Virus record (IMG/VR): IMGVR_UViG_2671180139_000002 | Location: 1 to 39,802 of that record | DNA from: a virus | Lineage: Duplodnaviria > Heunggongvirae > Uroviricota > Caudoviricetes | DNA length: 39,802 nucleotides | Direction: 5' to 3' (one strand) | Shown: in pieces, positions 9,372-18,015 of the stretch | Position numbering within the stretch: position 1 is the stretch's first letter | Layout: every line of letters begins with the position of its first letter | The notes under the pieces: generated by a model | Told to the model about the DNA's origin: nothing | Database searches by the model: none | Seen by the model: only the letters and a program-made list of their open reading frames with translations | Translations under genes and position numbers: made by a program

Positions 9372-9980
9372 TTACGCCTGTGTCTCGGTCGCGTCGATTT
9401 CGTCACCAGCGCCGGTGAAGGATGCGCCCTCATCGCCGGTAGCCGGCACGGGCTCCTTCTCCACCAGCTCCTCGACGGGAACCTCGACCTTCTCGCCGGC
9501 GATCTTGGTGCCGTTCTTGCGGGCGACGAACTCGGCCTGAGCCTTCAGGATTGCGACAAGCAGACCCGGAATAGACCGATCGCGCACGCCCCAGGGCTTG
9601 GCGATCTCACGCAGTCCGTTGATGCCCTTGTCGTCCGCGATCGCCATCAGCTCCTTCTGGGTGTAGAGCGTGTCGGCGGGCGGGCGGCCCGCGGTATCCT
9701 TCAGCCGCTTCTGCTCGGCTTCGCGATCAGCCTCGCTGGCGCGGGCGAGCGGGTCGATTTGCACAGTCAATGTGGCGCCGCCGATGATGCGCGCCGCAGC
9801 ACCCGCTTCGTCTTCCAGACCGTCTTCGTCGATTTCCACGACGCCGATGCTGGCCGAAACTCGATCCGCCAGAACCTGCGGCACGACGCTCACGGAGCGA
9901 CCGTCAACGAATTCGACCATGCCGATATGACCGGTGTACCCTTCCCAGCCTTTGGCGGTAATCCTGAGATGCTTCATCAC
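9372..9980 (-). CDS. Hypothetical phage head-module protein
   Basis: Coupled to the glutaredoxin-like gene; acidic tail; phage-like codon usage. Confidence 0.65.
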   Translation of the reverse strand: MMKHLRITAKGWEGYTGHIGMVEFVDGRSVSVVPQVLADRVSASIGVVEIDEDGLEDEAGAAARIIGGATLTVQIDPLARASEADREAEQKRLKDTAGRPPADTLYTQKELMAIADDKGINGLREIAKPWGVRDRSIPGLLVAILKAQAEFVARKNGTKIAGEKVEVPVEELVEKEPVPATGDEGASFTGAGDEIDATETQA

Positions 9981-10237
9981 TGTCCTCCGAGAAGCTGTTC
10001 GATGATCCCCGCCCTTTCGGCCGCCTCAAACGCGGCGAGATCGCCGACGTGGTGGGTTCCGACGAAGATCTGCGGGAGAGTTGCGCTGAGAGGCGCACGA
10101 CGCCGGAGCTCACAGAGCGAAATCAGGTCGCCGGCGGCGTCGCGGACGACATGAGAATATCGCCGGCGGTCACAGAGCGCCTTGGCGGCCTCGGTATCGG
10201 CGCAGAGCACAGGGCTGCCATAGATTTCGACGTGCAT
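9977..10237 (-). CDS. Glutaredoxin-like protein with a single-Cys active-site motif (CADT)
   Basis: VEIYG..CxxxxxAK and TLPQIFVG..HVG are glutaredoxin hallmarks. Confidence 0.75.
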   Translation of the reverse strand: MHVEIYGSPVLCADTEAAKALCDRRRYSHVVRDAAGDLISLCELRRRAPLSATLPQIFVGTHHVGDLAAFEAAERAGIIEQLLGGQ

Positions 10238-10247
10238 GGGGCCTCAA

Positions 10248-10275
10248 GCAAAAGGGCGAGGTTGCCCTCGCCCTT
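10248..10275 (-). terminator. Intrinsic terminator-like hairpin after the capsid gene
   Basis: Coding strand reads AAGGGCGAGG-GCAA-CCTCGCCCTT, whose 3' end runs into a short T-tract (TTTT). Confidence 0.7.
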
Positions 10276-10279
10276 ATGG

Positions 10280-10297
10280 TAAGTCAATGTTGACTTA
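10280..10297. promoter_or_regulatory. Palindromic motif copy
   Basis: TAAGTCAATGTTGACTTA, after the capsid gene. Confidence 0.8.
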
Positions 10298-10306
10298 CGT
10301 CAACGA

Positions 10307-11209
10307 TTAAACGTTGGTGACACCCTGCAGACGGGCAACCGAGTGGGTTGCCTTCAGGGCGGTGCCGACGTACCACTTCACGCGGTAGCGGACAGCGTCC
10401 TTGTTCTGGATCGTGCCGATCGACTCGACCTGGATGCCGGCGTTCGGGCCGCCGTAGATGCCGTGGAAACCGTCCGTCTCGTTCAGACGCAGCGCGTAGA
10501 TCGAGCAGGTGGCATCGGCCGTGCCCTGGACCTCGTCGGCGGGCAGGAAGTCGTTGATGATGACCGGCTTGCCGTCATAGCAGGGAACCGCCTGACCGAA
10601 GTTCTTGATCATCATCGTGGCAGCTTCATTGCCGCCGGCGGCACGGAGCAGCGCACGCACAGCGCGCCAGGTGCCCTGACGCATCATCAGGACGTCGGCG
10701 CCGTTCTTCACCGCATCCTTCAGCTCGTCCAGCATACCGAAGTTGACCGCGGAGCCATTGGCACCGGCAACCAGGGTCTGCGCGGCCGGAGTGAGGGCAC
10801 GAATGCCGTCGAATTCCTTGGCGTTGACGCTGGAGTCGCCCTGGACCAGAGCCCGGCGGAACTTGCGGCCGAGCGCCTTCGACTTGGACGCGATCTGGAT
10901 CGCGAGCTGGTCGTTGGTGTCGGACTGGGTGGTGATCAGGAACTTGTCCAGGTCGACGTCGCCGGCAAGGATGCGCAGCTTGGTCATGACTTCCTTGAAC
11001 GTGGCAGCGCCCTCCGGGACCACCTCGTAGGGATCCAGGAATTCACCTTCCGAGAGGGTGTCCTCGCGGTTGTAGACATAAGCCTTCCCGTTCACGCCCA
11101 TGAACGGAATGAGAGCAAAGAGCTCATCGGTATCGATGATCTCCTCGATGACTCCGCGCTCCATCTGCTCCTGGGAGAGCTTCGCGGCCTCTTCAACAAG
11201 CAACGGCAT
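10307..11209 (-). CDS. Major capsid protein (HK97-like fold)
   Basis: About 300 aa, directly after the scaffold gene; GD....EFDGI motif; AGGAG upstream of ATG 11209. Confidence 0.9.
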   Translation of the reverse strand: MPLLVEEAAKLSQEQMERGVIEEIIDTDELFALIPFMGVNGKAYVYNREDTLSEGEFLDPYEVVPEGAATFKEVMTKLRILAGDVDLDKFLITTQSDTNDQLAIQIASKSKALGRKFRRALVQGDSSVNAKEFDGIRALTPAAQTLVAGANGSAVNFGMLDELKDAVKNGADVLMMRQGTWRAVRALLRAAGGNEAATMMIKNFGQAVPCYDGKPVIINDFLPADEVQGTADATCSIYALRLNETDGFHGIYGGPNAGIQVESIGTIQNKDAVRYRVKWYVGTALKATHSVARLQGVTNV

Positions 11210-11239
11210 TTGAATCACTCCTTGGGGATAGATCGCCGA

Positions 11240-11257
11240 TAGGTCAAAACTGACTGA
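11240..11257. promoter_or_regulatory. Palindromic motif copy
   Basis: TAGGTCAAAACTGACTGA, upstream of the capsid gene. Confidence 0.6.
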
Positions 11258-11301
11258 CCATTATTTTAGGACGGCGATCTCCATTTCACCAAGAGGAAAA
11301 T

Positions 11302-11319
11302 GCAGTAAATACTGACTTA
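11302..11319. promoter_or_regulatory. Palindromic motif copy
   Basis: GCAGTAAATACTGACTTA. Confidence 0.6.
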
Positions 11320-11328
11320 TTTTCCTCG

Positions 11329-12243
11329 TTACTTCGAGGCGAGCTTCGTGAGCGCCGCGGCAATGCGGCCCTTTCCGAAGACATCGCCCGTATTCGGGGG
11401 CACCCGATCATTCTGCGTGCTGGAGCCGGCCCCGTTTTTCAGGGTCGAGCGTACCAGACTGTTACGATCCGGGTCCGCCTCGACGAGCTTCTTGATGGCG
11501 GCCTCGAAGCTGAACGGCTTGCCGGAGCCATCCACGAGAAGCGTGCGGCCTTCCGAGCCGCGGGGCTTGTCGTAGGCGACAACTTCGCCGTCCTTGACCT
11601 CGAAATGCTCGCCATACACCTTGCGCGCCTTGGCGGGCGTGAGCACCGTCTCCTTGCTGACGAACTCGGAAGTGCCGAAGGAATTGCCGATGGTCAGCTC
11701 GTCGATGGTTGCGCGAGCCTTCGCCAGAGCCGTTTCGCTCTCCGTCAGCTTGGCGTCGCGCGCGACGAGCTCCTTCTGGTGCTCATCAGCCATCATCTGC
11801 TTCACCCGGTCGAAGTCGCCCTTCGCCTCGGCCGCAGCCTTCTCGGCGTCCTGCTTCTCCTTCACGAGCTTGCGCAGCTCGTCCGGATCCAGGCCGTCGA
11901 ACGCCGCGAGACGGGTCTTGGTCGCCTCGAGCTCCTCGTTGGCCTTCTTCAGCTTGGTCTTCTTGTCCATGTTCTCCTTGAGAAGCTCAGCTTCCCGATC
12001 GGAGAGACCAGACTTGTTCCGAGTCTCCTCCTCGGCCTTTTCCTTGGCCTCGGCGGCAGCCTTGTCCGCAGCTTCCTTGGCAGCCGCATCAGCAGCAGCC
12101 TTGGCCGCTTCGTCGTCGGCGTTGCCGGTGCCCGTGCCGTTTTCAGCTTCCAGCGCGATCCGAAGACCGAACTGAAGCGGAGAGGCGAAGATGCGGACGG
12201 CAGATGCTCCGACGAGAGCGGTGCGGTTGTGGACGATGTTCAT
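11329..12243 (-). CDS. Capsid scaffolding protein
   Basis: Charged coiled-coil protein between portal and capsid; GSG/GAGS C-terminal motifs. Confidence 0.75.
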   Translation of the reverse strand: MNIVHNRTALVGASAVRIFASPLQFGLRIALEAENGTGTGNADDEAAKAAADAAAKEAADKAAAEAKEKAEEETRNKSGLSDREAELLKENMDKKTKLKKANEELEATKTRLAAFDGLDPDELRKLVKEKQDAEKAAAEAKGDFDRVKQMMADEHQKELVARDAKLTESETALAKARATIDELTIGNSFGTSEFVSKETVLTPAKARKVYGEHFEVKDGEVVAYDKPRGSEGRTLLVDGSGKPFSFEAAIKKLVEADPDRNSLVRSTLKNGAGSSTQNDRVPPNTGDVFGKGRIAAALTKLASK

Positions 12244-12256
12244 CACTTACTCCTGT

Positions 12257-12368
12257 CGACCTGTCTCTCGGTCGGGTTGAAAGGACCTGTCTCTTGGTCC
12301 GTTGAGCAGATCAGGCGACCTGCTTATTCGCGGTCTCGGAAGTCACCTGACCCTGTCTGTTCTGGGTC
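12257..12368 (-). repeat. Four GACC...GGTC hairpin repeats at the portal-scaffold junction
   Basis: GACCTGTCTCTCGGTC (12258), GACCTGTCTCTTGGTC (12284), variants at 12317 and 12349. Confidence 0.75.
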
Positions 12369-13873
12369 TGAGGATTCTTGTTCGAGGCGTTGAAACTGGT
12401 GGGTGGCTTGCTGGAGGCAGCCGCGGCCAGATCGACGGGATCAGCGGGCCAGCTCTTCAGCTCCGTTTCGATCGTCTTCCGGAGATCCGCAGCCAGGCGC
12501 GGGAACAGCTTGTCGACGACCTGCAGCATCTGCTCGCGGCGCACGGTCTTGGGCGCGTCCACGAGGGAAAGGTTCTGGGCGATCGTGAATTCGTCAAAGA
12601 GACTGCGAACGTCGAAGGTGTCCGGGTACTTCACCAGCTCTTCAGCCGGCGCAGCCTTGCCGTGCCACTTCATGACCATCTCGACGAGACGGTTCTCTGC
12701 GTTCTCCAGGCTGTCGGCTTTGTTGGCGAGCAGCGAGTTCACGCGCTCGAAATCATAGGCTTTGGCGACGCCGGAAGAATTGTCGATGCCGACGGCGTTG
12801 TCTTCCTTGGTGCGCTCGCCCGCCATGCCGACGGTGTTGTAGATCTCGGCAATGATCTTGTTGATCACCGTGATGATCAACTGCGCCTGGGACGGATCGG
12901 GGGAGATGTACTCGGGCTTGGCCCCGCCCTCGCCGTCGTAGACGAAGATGCGCTTCGTCCCCATCTCCAGGAGCGCGTTGTACTTGTCCTCGCCCGGAAG
13001 CATACCCTGCGCAGGCATCGCGAGCTGGCTGAAGGTCTGATCCTGGATGATTGCATCCAGGTTAGAGAGGTAGTTGGCGACGGCGCGGTCGAGATAGGCT
13101 GAATCGTCGATGAGGCCGGGCGCCGTGTAGCGGTTCTCACCCAGCACATGGTCGACCGGGAAGCAGGGGACCTCGCCCAGCTCATTGATGCCGGAATCCA
13201 GCATACGGACGACTTCGCCGCGCTTGCCCGCCTGGATGATGTCGAAGAGATACCAAGCGTCCGGGGTCCAGAGGCGATATTCCAGAGTGATGTTGCCAGT
13301 CGCGGTGAACGGGTCCTGATCGTCGCGCCGCGTTTCCATCACCAGAATCCAGGCAATGCTGCCGTCACGGGCAAAGCCGACGTCCAGGATATTCTGCGGC
13401 TTCACGAAATAGGCGTAGACGCCGACCTGGGCTTCCTTCTCGTCAGCCGCGGTCACCACCTGCTGGGTCTTGTTGGTGTCGGTGAACACCCAGATGCGAC
13501 CGAAAATGGCCGACATGCAGGAGACCAGCATCATGAACTGATCGATATCGAGGCCCGACTGCGTCGCCTTGTTCCAGAAGTCCCCGATTTCCTTCGGCGC
13601 ATCATTCGAGCGCTCGACGTCGGACTTGAAGATGTACTTCTGGACGAGATCGACGGTCTCGCGCGTATGGTTGAACCGGTACGCGCGGCCGAGACGGTCG
13701 TTGAACTCCTTCTCGCCTTCCTTGATGTAGCGGAAGATGTTCGCCCCGAACCAGTCGCGGCCACCCTGGTAAGTGGACTCCACGAAGGTCCAGTGCGGCA
13801 GGGACGTGTAATACTCCGGGTGACGACGCTTCAGGAAGTTCTTCAGCGTCTCCTGATCGGTTGTCACAGCCAT
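12311..13873 (-). CDS. Portal protein
   Basis: 520 aa directly downstream of terL; SGVAKAYDF motif. Confidence 0.85.
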   Translation of the reverse strand: MAVTTDQETLKNFLKRRHPEYYTSLPHWTFVESTYQGGRDWFGANIFRYIKEGEKEFNDRLGRAYRFNHTRETVDLVQKYIFKSDVERSNDAPKEIGDFWNKATQSGLDIDQFMMLVSCMSAIFGRIWVFTDTNKTQQVVTAADEKEAQVGVYAYFVKPQNILDVGFARDGSIAWILVMETRRDDQDPFTATGNITLEYRLWTPDAWYLFDIIQAGKRGEVVRMLDSGINELGEVPCFPVDHVLGENRYTAPGLIDDSAYLDRAVANYLSNLDAIIQDQTFSQLAMPAQGMLPGEDKYNALLEMGTKRIFVYDGEGGAKPEYISPDPSQAQLIITVINKIIAEIYNTVGMAGERTKEDNAVGIDNSSGVAKAYDFERVNSLLANKADSLENAENRLVEMVMKWHGKAAPAEELVKYPDTFDVRSLFDEFTIAQNLSLVDAPKTVRREQMLQVVDKLFPRLAADLRKTIETELKSWPADPVDLAAAASSKPPTSFNASNKNPQTQNRQGQVTSETANKQVA

Positions 13874-13907
13874 TCAAACACGTTCCTGAACAAGATCGAA
13901 GCTATGA

Positions 13908-13925
13908 TAAGTCAACATTGATTTA
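13908..13925. promoter_or_regulatory. Palindromic motif copy
   Basis: TAAGTCAACATTGATTTA, upstream of the portal gene. Confidence 0.75.
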
Positions 13926-13934
13926 TCTACAAGG

Positions 13935-15197
13935 TCACAGAGAAAGTCCGAGGATCGTCACCTCACGAACCGGGAATTCCAGGTCGATGCAGTAGCCGAC
14001 GGCGTCGGCCGGATGCTCGTAGCCGGCGGATTTGTCCACCTCGCGCGTGCCCGGCTTGTAGATCGTCTGCTCGAAAGCGGCGATCGCGTGCTTGCACTTG
14101 CTGTCGACCCGGAGGCGGATCTGTCCGTCACCGGACTGGAACATGCGGTTCACGGCGTTGATACGATCGGCAACCTTCGGATGCTTGCGGCGGTACTTCA
14201 GACGCTTGAAGCCAGCCTCGCGAAGAATGTCCAGGTCGGATTCGCCGCGCGAGTGTCCGCGGTTGGCGCCGGCGGGATCGGGATAGAAGGTGGTCTGTCC
14301 CATGTGCCGGTAATAGCGCCGGGAGATCTCGTTTGCCGTCTCCTGGGTGTTCGAGCCGAACAGGATCGCCTCATCGACGATCCACACCTCGCCGTTCTCC
14401 TGCTGCTGCATGATGACGGACGACATCGGGTCGATATTGAAGTCCTGACCAACCCAGATCGGCAGCTTCGGATTGAAGGCGTAGTCCCCGACGTGAATCT
14501 TGCGATCGAAGGCATGGTAGACGCGACCGGACATGGTCTCGAAGGACGCCTCGAACTCCTGTCGAAAGCTCTTCTCGTCCATGTCGCCGCGCGCGGCCTC
14601 GATCTCCTCCTTCGGAATGAAGGGCGAAGTGATCGTCGGAAACTGCCAGGACTTCCACGGGTTGAGCCGGCGCTGACCCTTCTTGGTCACGTAGTGATCG
14701 CCGCGCTGACCCAGCATGTAAAGGTCGTAGAGCCAGTTGAACGACTTCGGCGTGCCAATGATGAGCACGTCGCCGCGCGTGGAGGCGAGCGTCGGGCGCA
14801 GGACCTTGTACCAGGTGTCCTCGCGGATATCCTGGGCTTCGTCGATGATCAGGTGATTAAGGCCGACGCCGCGCAGGGTATCGGGCTTGTCTGCCCCCTT
14901 CAGCTCGATGCGGGTGCCGTTGTGCAGGCGGATCGACATGCGCGTCTCGTTGACGCTCTGGATCCACGCGCGCGGGATCGCCTCGCGCAGCTCGTCCCAA
15001 AGGATCGAGCGCGCCATGCCGTAGGTCGGCGCGACGTACCAAATGAGCTGCTTGGGCTTCGATGCTTTCCGGCAGATCGAGATCTTGGAAAGCTGCGTCT
15101 TGCCCCAGCGGCGTCCGGCGACCACCACCTTGAAGCGGCGGTGGTCCCTGAAAACTGTTCTCTGTCCCTTGTGTAGTGTGAGAGTGTGAGCGGTCAC
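13935..15197 (-). CDS. terL: Terminase large subunit
   Basis: Walker A GRRWGKT, Walker B LIIDEA, GTPK coupling motif, nuclease GQDFN and HPADA. Confidence 0.95.
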   Translation of the reverse strand: MTAHTLTLHKGQRTVFRDHRRFKVVVAGRRWGKTQLSKISICRKASKPKQLIWYVAPTYGMARSILWDELREAIPRAWIQSVNETRMSIRLHNGTRIELKGADKPDTLRGVGLNHLIIDEAQDIREDTWYKVLRPTLASTRGDVLIIGTPKSFNWLYDLYMLGQRGDHYVTKKGQRRLNPWKSWQFPTITSPFIPKEEIEAARGDMDEKSFRQEFEASFETMSGRVYHAFDRKIHVGDYAFNPKLPIWVGQDFNIDPMSSVIMQQQENGEVWIVDEAILFGSNTQETANEISRRYYRHMGQTTFYPDPAGANRGHSRGESDLDILREAGFKRLKYRRKHPKVADRINAVNRMFQSGDGQIRLRVDSKCKHAIAAFEQTIYKPGTREVDKSAGYEHPADAVGYCIDLEFPVREVTILGLSL

Positions 15198-15832
15198 TCC
15201 TCCCCTTCCAAGACGACATCGTCGTCGGCGAGGTCTTCAAGCTCCGGCAGCTCGAGGTCGAAATCGTCCTCGTCGCGGTTCTGAAGGTCCGTAATCTCTT
15301 CGTCGCTCAGATCGCGGACGATCAGGTCCGGAAGCGAGTTGTCATCGATCTCGTTTTCGATCTCCAGGATCTTGTAACGCTCCTGACGGACCTGGGCGAG
15401 AATGGCGGACGCGGCGCGCAGATGCTTCATCTCCGCGGCCGCAAGCGGCTTGGAGCCCTTGTGAGCCTCCACCAGAGCCTTCATCACCATGGTATGAACC
15501 ACGGTGGTCGCCTGGTACGCCTGCTGCTTGGTCTCCTCGATACGGGCGCGCTTGAGCATCGCGAAGTTCGTGACGGCTTCGACCGCCTCCGCCTTCACGC
15601 GCGAACCCACCGCCTCGGCGACCTCGGCTTTGCGCGAACCCCGGGTGATCTTGTGCCGCTTGAAGTAGCTGGAGATCGCGGTGTGCGTGATGCCGAACCG
15701 GGCGACCAGATCCGACATGGTGATTTGCCCGAGTTCCCACAGCTCTGTGGCCTCGGCCCATTGTGCCGGGGTCAGGCGCTTGGCCTTCTTCTCTTCGGTT
15801 TCCGGATCATCTCCGGCATCAGCTTCAGCCAT
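15194..15832 (-). CDS. terS: Terminase small subunit
   Basis: N-terminal HTH (LWELG..TMSDLVARFGI); overlaps the terL start; ATG at 15832. Confidence 0.7.
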   Translation of the reverse strand: MAEADAGDDPETEEKKAKRLTPAQWAEATELWELGQITMSDLVARFGITHTAISSYFKRHKITRGSRKAEVAEAVGSRVKAEAVEAVTNFAMLKRARIEETKQQAYQATTVVHTMVMKALVEAHKGSKPLAAAEMKHLRAASAILAQVRQERYKILEIENEIDDNSLPDLIVRDLSDEEITDLQNRDEDDFDLELPELEDLADDDVVLEGEE

Positions 15833-15839
15833 CGTCTTG

Positions 15840-15857
15840 CCAGTCAATGCTTACTTA
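15840..15857. promoter_or_regulatory. Palindromic motif copy
   Basis: CCAGTCAATGCTTACTTA, upstream of terS. Confidence 0.6.
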
Positions 15858-15864
15858 TCACTCC

Positions 15865-15970
15865 GGACGTGGCAATGCCCAAAGCCGCGCGTTCAAATAT
15901 ATAATACACAGTTAGTAGTCTCCACGTATATACATTATTTGAACGCGCGGCTTTGGTCATCACCACGTCC
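15865..15970. repeat. Inverted repeat with 35-bp arms (3 mismatches) and a 36-bp AT-rich spacer, upstream of terS
   Basis: 15865-15899 pairs with 15936-15970; the core CCAAAGCCGCGCGTTCAAATA is a perfect 21 bp. Confidence 0.9.
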
Positions 15971-16251
15971 TATGCTTCTATATTGGTTTCGTCTTTCCGG
16001 AAATGCTTGTAAGCCAGCAGCGTTGGCTTGATGAACAGCTTCCCGGAACGGTATTCCTTCTCCACCATGTTCCACTTCACGAGGAACCGGATGGAGCACT
16101 GCACCGCCTGCTTGGTCACCTCGGCGCCGTAGGAGAGCTTTTCCTTGAGCTCTGCCAGACTCAGATGCTCTCCGGCGTGGGCGGCGGTCAGGACGAGCGT
16201 CATGATCTCTTCCTGCTTCGGCGTGCGGTTGAATTCACCCCAGGCGCCCAT
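15970..16251 (-). CDS. Small winged-helix DNA-binding protein
   Basis: 93 aa from an ATG overlapping the GNAT stop (TGATG); LSLAELKEKL...TKQAVQCSIRFLVKWNMVEK. Confidence 0.65.
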   Translation of the reverse strand: MGAWGEFNRTPKQEEIMTLVLTAAHAGEHLSLAELKEKLSYGAEVTKQAVQCSIRFLVKWNMVEKEYRSGKLFIKPTLLAYKHFRKDETNIEA

Positions 16252-17207
16252 CAGTGCAGGATCCTCGGCACGGACGCGTCGCCGGGGATGAAACCTCCAG
16301 TGAACAGGAAGGGCGCGTTCGGCGCCTGGTTGTCGAAGGCGGTCAGCGGCAGACGATCGGGAATGTCGCGCCCCGCGTCCGGGTTCTTCCAGACACCGTA
16401 CATGGGCGAAGCCAGCACGATCTGCTGCAGGGACTTGATGACGGTGCGAGCCGACATGGCATCGACGCGCCCCTGCCCCTTGTCGCGGTTGTTGCCGGTC
16501 TTCTCCAGCGCCGAGTGGCGATAGTAGAAGTCCTTGCACTTCTGCAGCAGCAGCTCGCGCTCGATCTCCGGCTTCGCTTCCAGTTCCGCCAGGATCGCCT
16601 CGAAATCCTGCGGGCTCGCCTCAAAATGGGCCCGGAAGAACTTCAGCCCCTGCTCGTACTTGGCGGCATTCAGCGGCCGCACGAATGAGAAGCCGGCCTT
16701 CTGGCCGAAGAGGTTGAACTTCGACATGGAGGACTGGATCTCCATGTAGGTGTTCCCCTCCATCCGCGAGACGAGATTCATCATCCGGTAGCCGCAGCCG
16801 ATGCCGCGGTACATCGTGTCGACCACGAAGCGCGAGATGACGCGGAAATTTCCGTTGATGAAGTTGTAGCGCCGGGTGTTGGTGAAGCGCGTGTCGTTGC
16901 CGTCGGGCTTCAGCTTCGGGAAAGCGATGTGTCGCTCCTTCAGCAGGCCCTTCGGGTTCGCCGTCACCAGGACGCCGATCGTCTCGCCGTAGAGCGTCAG
17001 CTTCCAGAAACGCGGCCCGATCGGCAGGTTCTCCGCCTTGTAGTGAAGATCGTGCAGCAGATTCCAGTCGCTCTTGTCACCCCGCTCGACAATCATGTCG
17101 TCAAGCAGCGAGAAATGCGCTCTGGGCGCATCCACACGCTCGATGAGTGTCGTCGTAGCACCCGAATCGAAATGCTCGCTGGTGAGCTCCTGAAGCGTTT
17201 CTGTCAC
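16251..17207 (-). CDS. GNAT-fold acetyltransferase-like protein (possible DNA-modifying enzyme)
   Basis: ISRFVVDTMYRGIGCG matches GNAT motif A (acyl-CoA binding). Confidence 0.7.
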   Translation of the reverse strand: MTETLQELTSEHFDSGATTTLIERVDAPRAHFSLLDDMIVERGDKSDWNLLHDLHYKAENLPIGPRFWKLTLYGETIGVLVTANPKGLLKERHIAFPKLKPDGNDTRFTNTRRYNFINGNFRVISRFVVDTMYRGIGCGYRMMNLVSRMEGNTYMEIQSSMSKFNLFGQKAGFSFVRPLNAAKYEQGLKFFRAHFEASPQDFEAILAELEAKPEIERELLLQKCKDFYYRHSALEKTGNNRDKGQGRVDAMSARTVIKSLQQIVLASPMYGVWKNPDAGRDIPDRLPLTAFDNQAPNAPFLFTGGFIPGDASVPRILH

Positions 17208-17554
17208 GACAGCACCAGCACGAGCGCGAACGCGGCCAGCGCAATCGCCGCCAAGACGAGACCGCGAATCCAGCCTTTCAGATCACCCCACGAGAAGATG
17301 CCGGCAATCGCATCCAGCGAGCCGGAAACGCTGTCGCCCTCGTTGAGCTCGATCACGCGCCGGCAATGATCCTTGTCCAGGAAATCCAGGCAGCGGCACA
17401 TGACGCAGCCCCAGCGTTTTCCGGTGAGCCAGGCTTTGGCGGAGCGCGAGGAGATCGTCTCGTCCGGGTAGCCGCCGGCGAGCGTGTTGGCGAGCTGGTC
17501 GATGGAAACCAGCACGTTCAGGATGTAGCGTCCGCAGGAGGTAACCGCGGGCAT
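17204..17554 (-). CDS. Conserved phage hypothetical protein with a C-terminal hydrophobic segment
   Basis: NVLVSIDQLANTLAGGYPDETISSR...C..LD..HC pattern; TGATG-coupled to the HAD gene. Confidence 0.65.
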   Translation of the reverse strand: MPAVTSCGRYILNVLVSIDQLANTLAGGYPDETISSRSAKAWLTGKRWGCVMCRCLDFLDKDHCRRVIELNEGDSVSGSLDAIAGIFSWGDLKGWIRGLVLAAIALAAFALVLVLS

Positions 17555-18015
17555 CAGTAGTCGCCCTCGCATACCTGCAGGCAGCGGACACCGTTCTCGC
17601 GCCACATCGCCGTCACCGACTTGCGATCTTCCACGGCGAAGAGCGGCTCAAACCCGGTTTCCCGGATCTGATCGAGCATCTCCTTCTTGATCTCCGTGTC
17701 GGGCCGCCGATCGCGGCGGTCACGCATGAGCAGGAAATTGTAGGTGATGCCGAACTTCTTCAGCCAGGCGGAGGTCATCTCCAACTGGTCGTCCTTGCGC
17801 CCGGTGCAGATGAACACCGGCACATGGGCTGACATCGCGTTGTTGAGGAGCTTGATCTCCTCGTTGACCGTGTCGTCGGCGGCCGCGGCCAGGAAGGCTT
17901 CCCAGTCGGGCGCCTGGTCGATGGCGGAGTTCGTGCGGCCGCCCAGGAGATGCACGCGGTGCTCAGCGTTCGACAGGGTGCCGTCGATATCCATGATGAT
18001 GCAGGGGCGGCTCAT
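17554..18015 (-). CDS. HAD-family phosphatase (T4 Pnk 3'-phosphatase-like)
   Basis: DIDGT motif I, TGR motif II, EDR..V..MWR motif. Confidence 0.85.
   Translation of the reverse strand: MSRPCIIMDIDGTLSNAEHRVHLLGGRTNSAIDQAPDWEAFLAAAADDTVNEEIKLLNNAMSAHVPVFICTGRKDDQLEMTSAWLKKFGITYNFLLMRDRRDRRPDTEIKKEMLDQIRETGFEPLFAVEDRKSVTAMWRENGVRCLQVCEGDY

Noticed and set aside
12257-12368. Possible CRISPR array
   Set aside because: Units are 16-20 bp with spacers of only 10-17 bp, partly inside a CDS; no cas genes. VapD is only Cas2-like in fold.
15865-15970. Protelomerase (telRL) site of a linear phage-plasmid
   Set aside because: Such sites are uninterrupted palindromes; this one has a 36-bp largely asymmetric spacer, and no protelomerase is in the window.
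16252-16539. N-terminal extension of ORF 15970..16539
   Set aside because: Overlaps the GNAT gene; TGATG coupling at 16251 gives the likely start.
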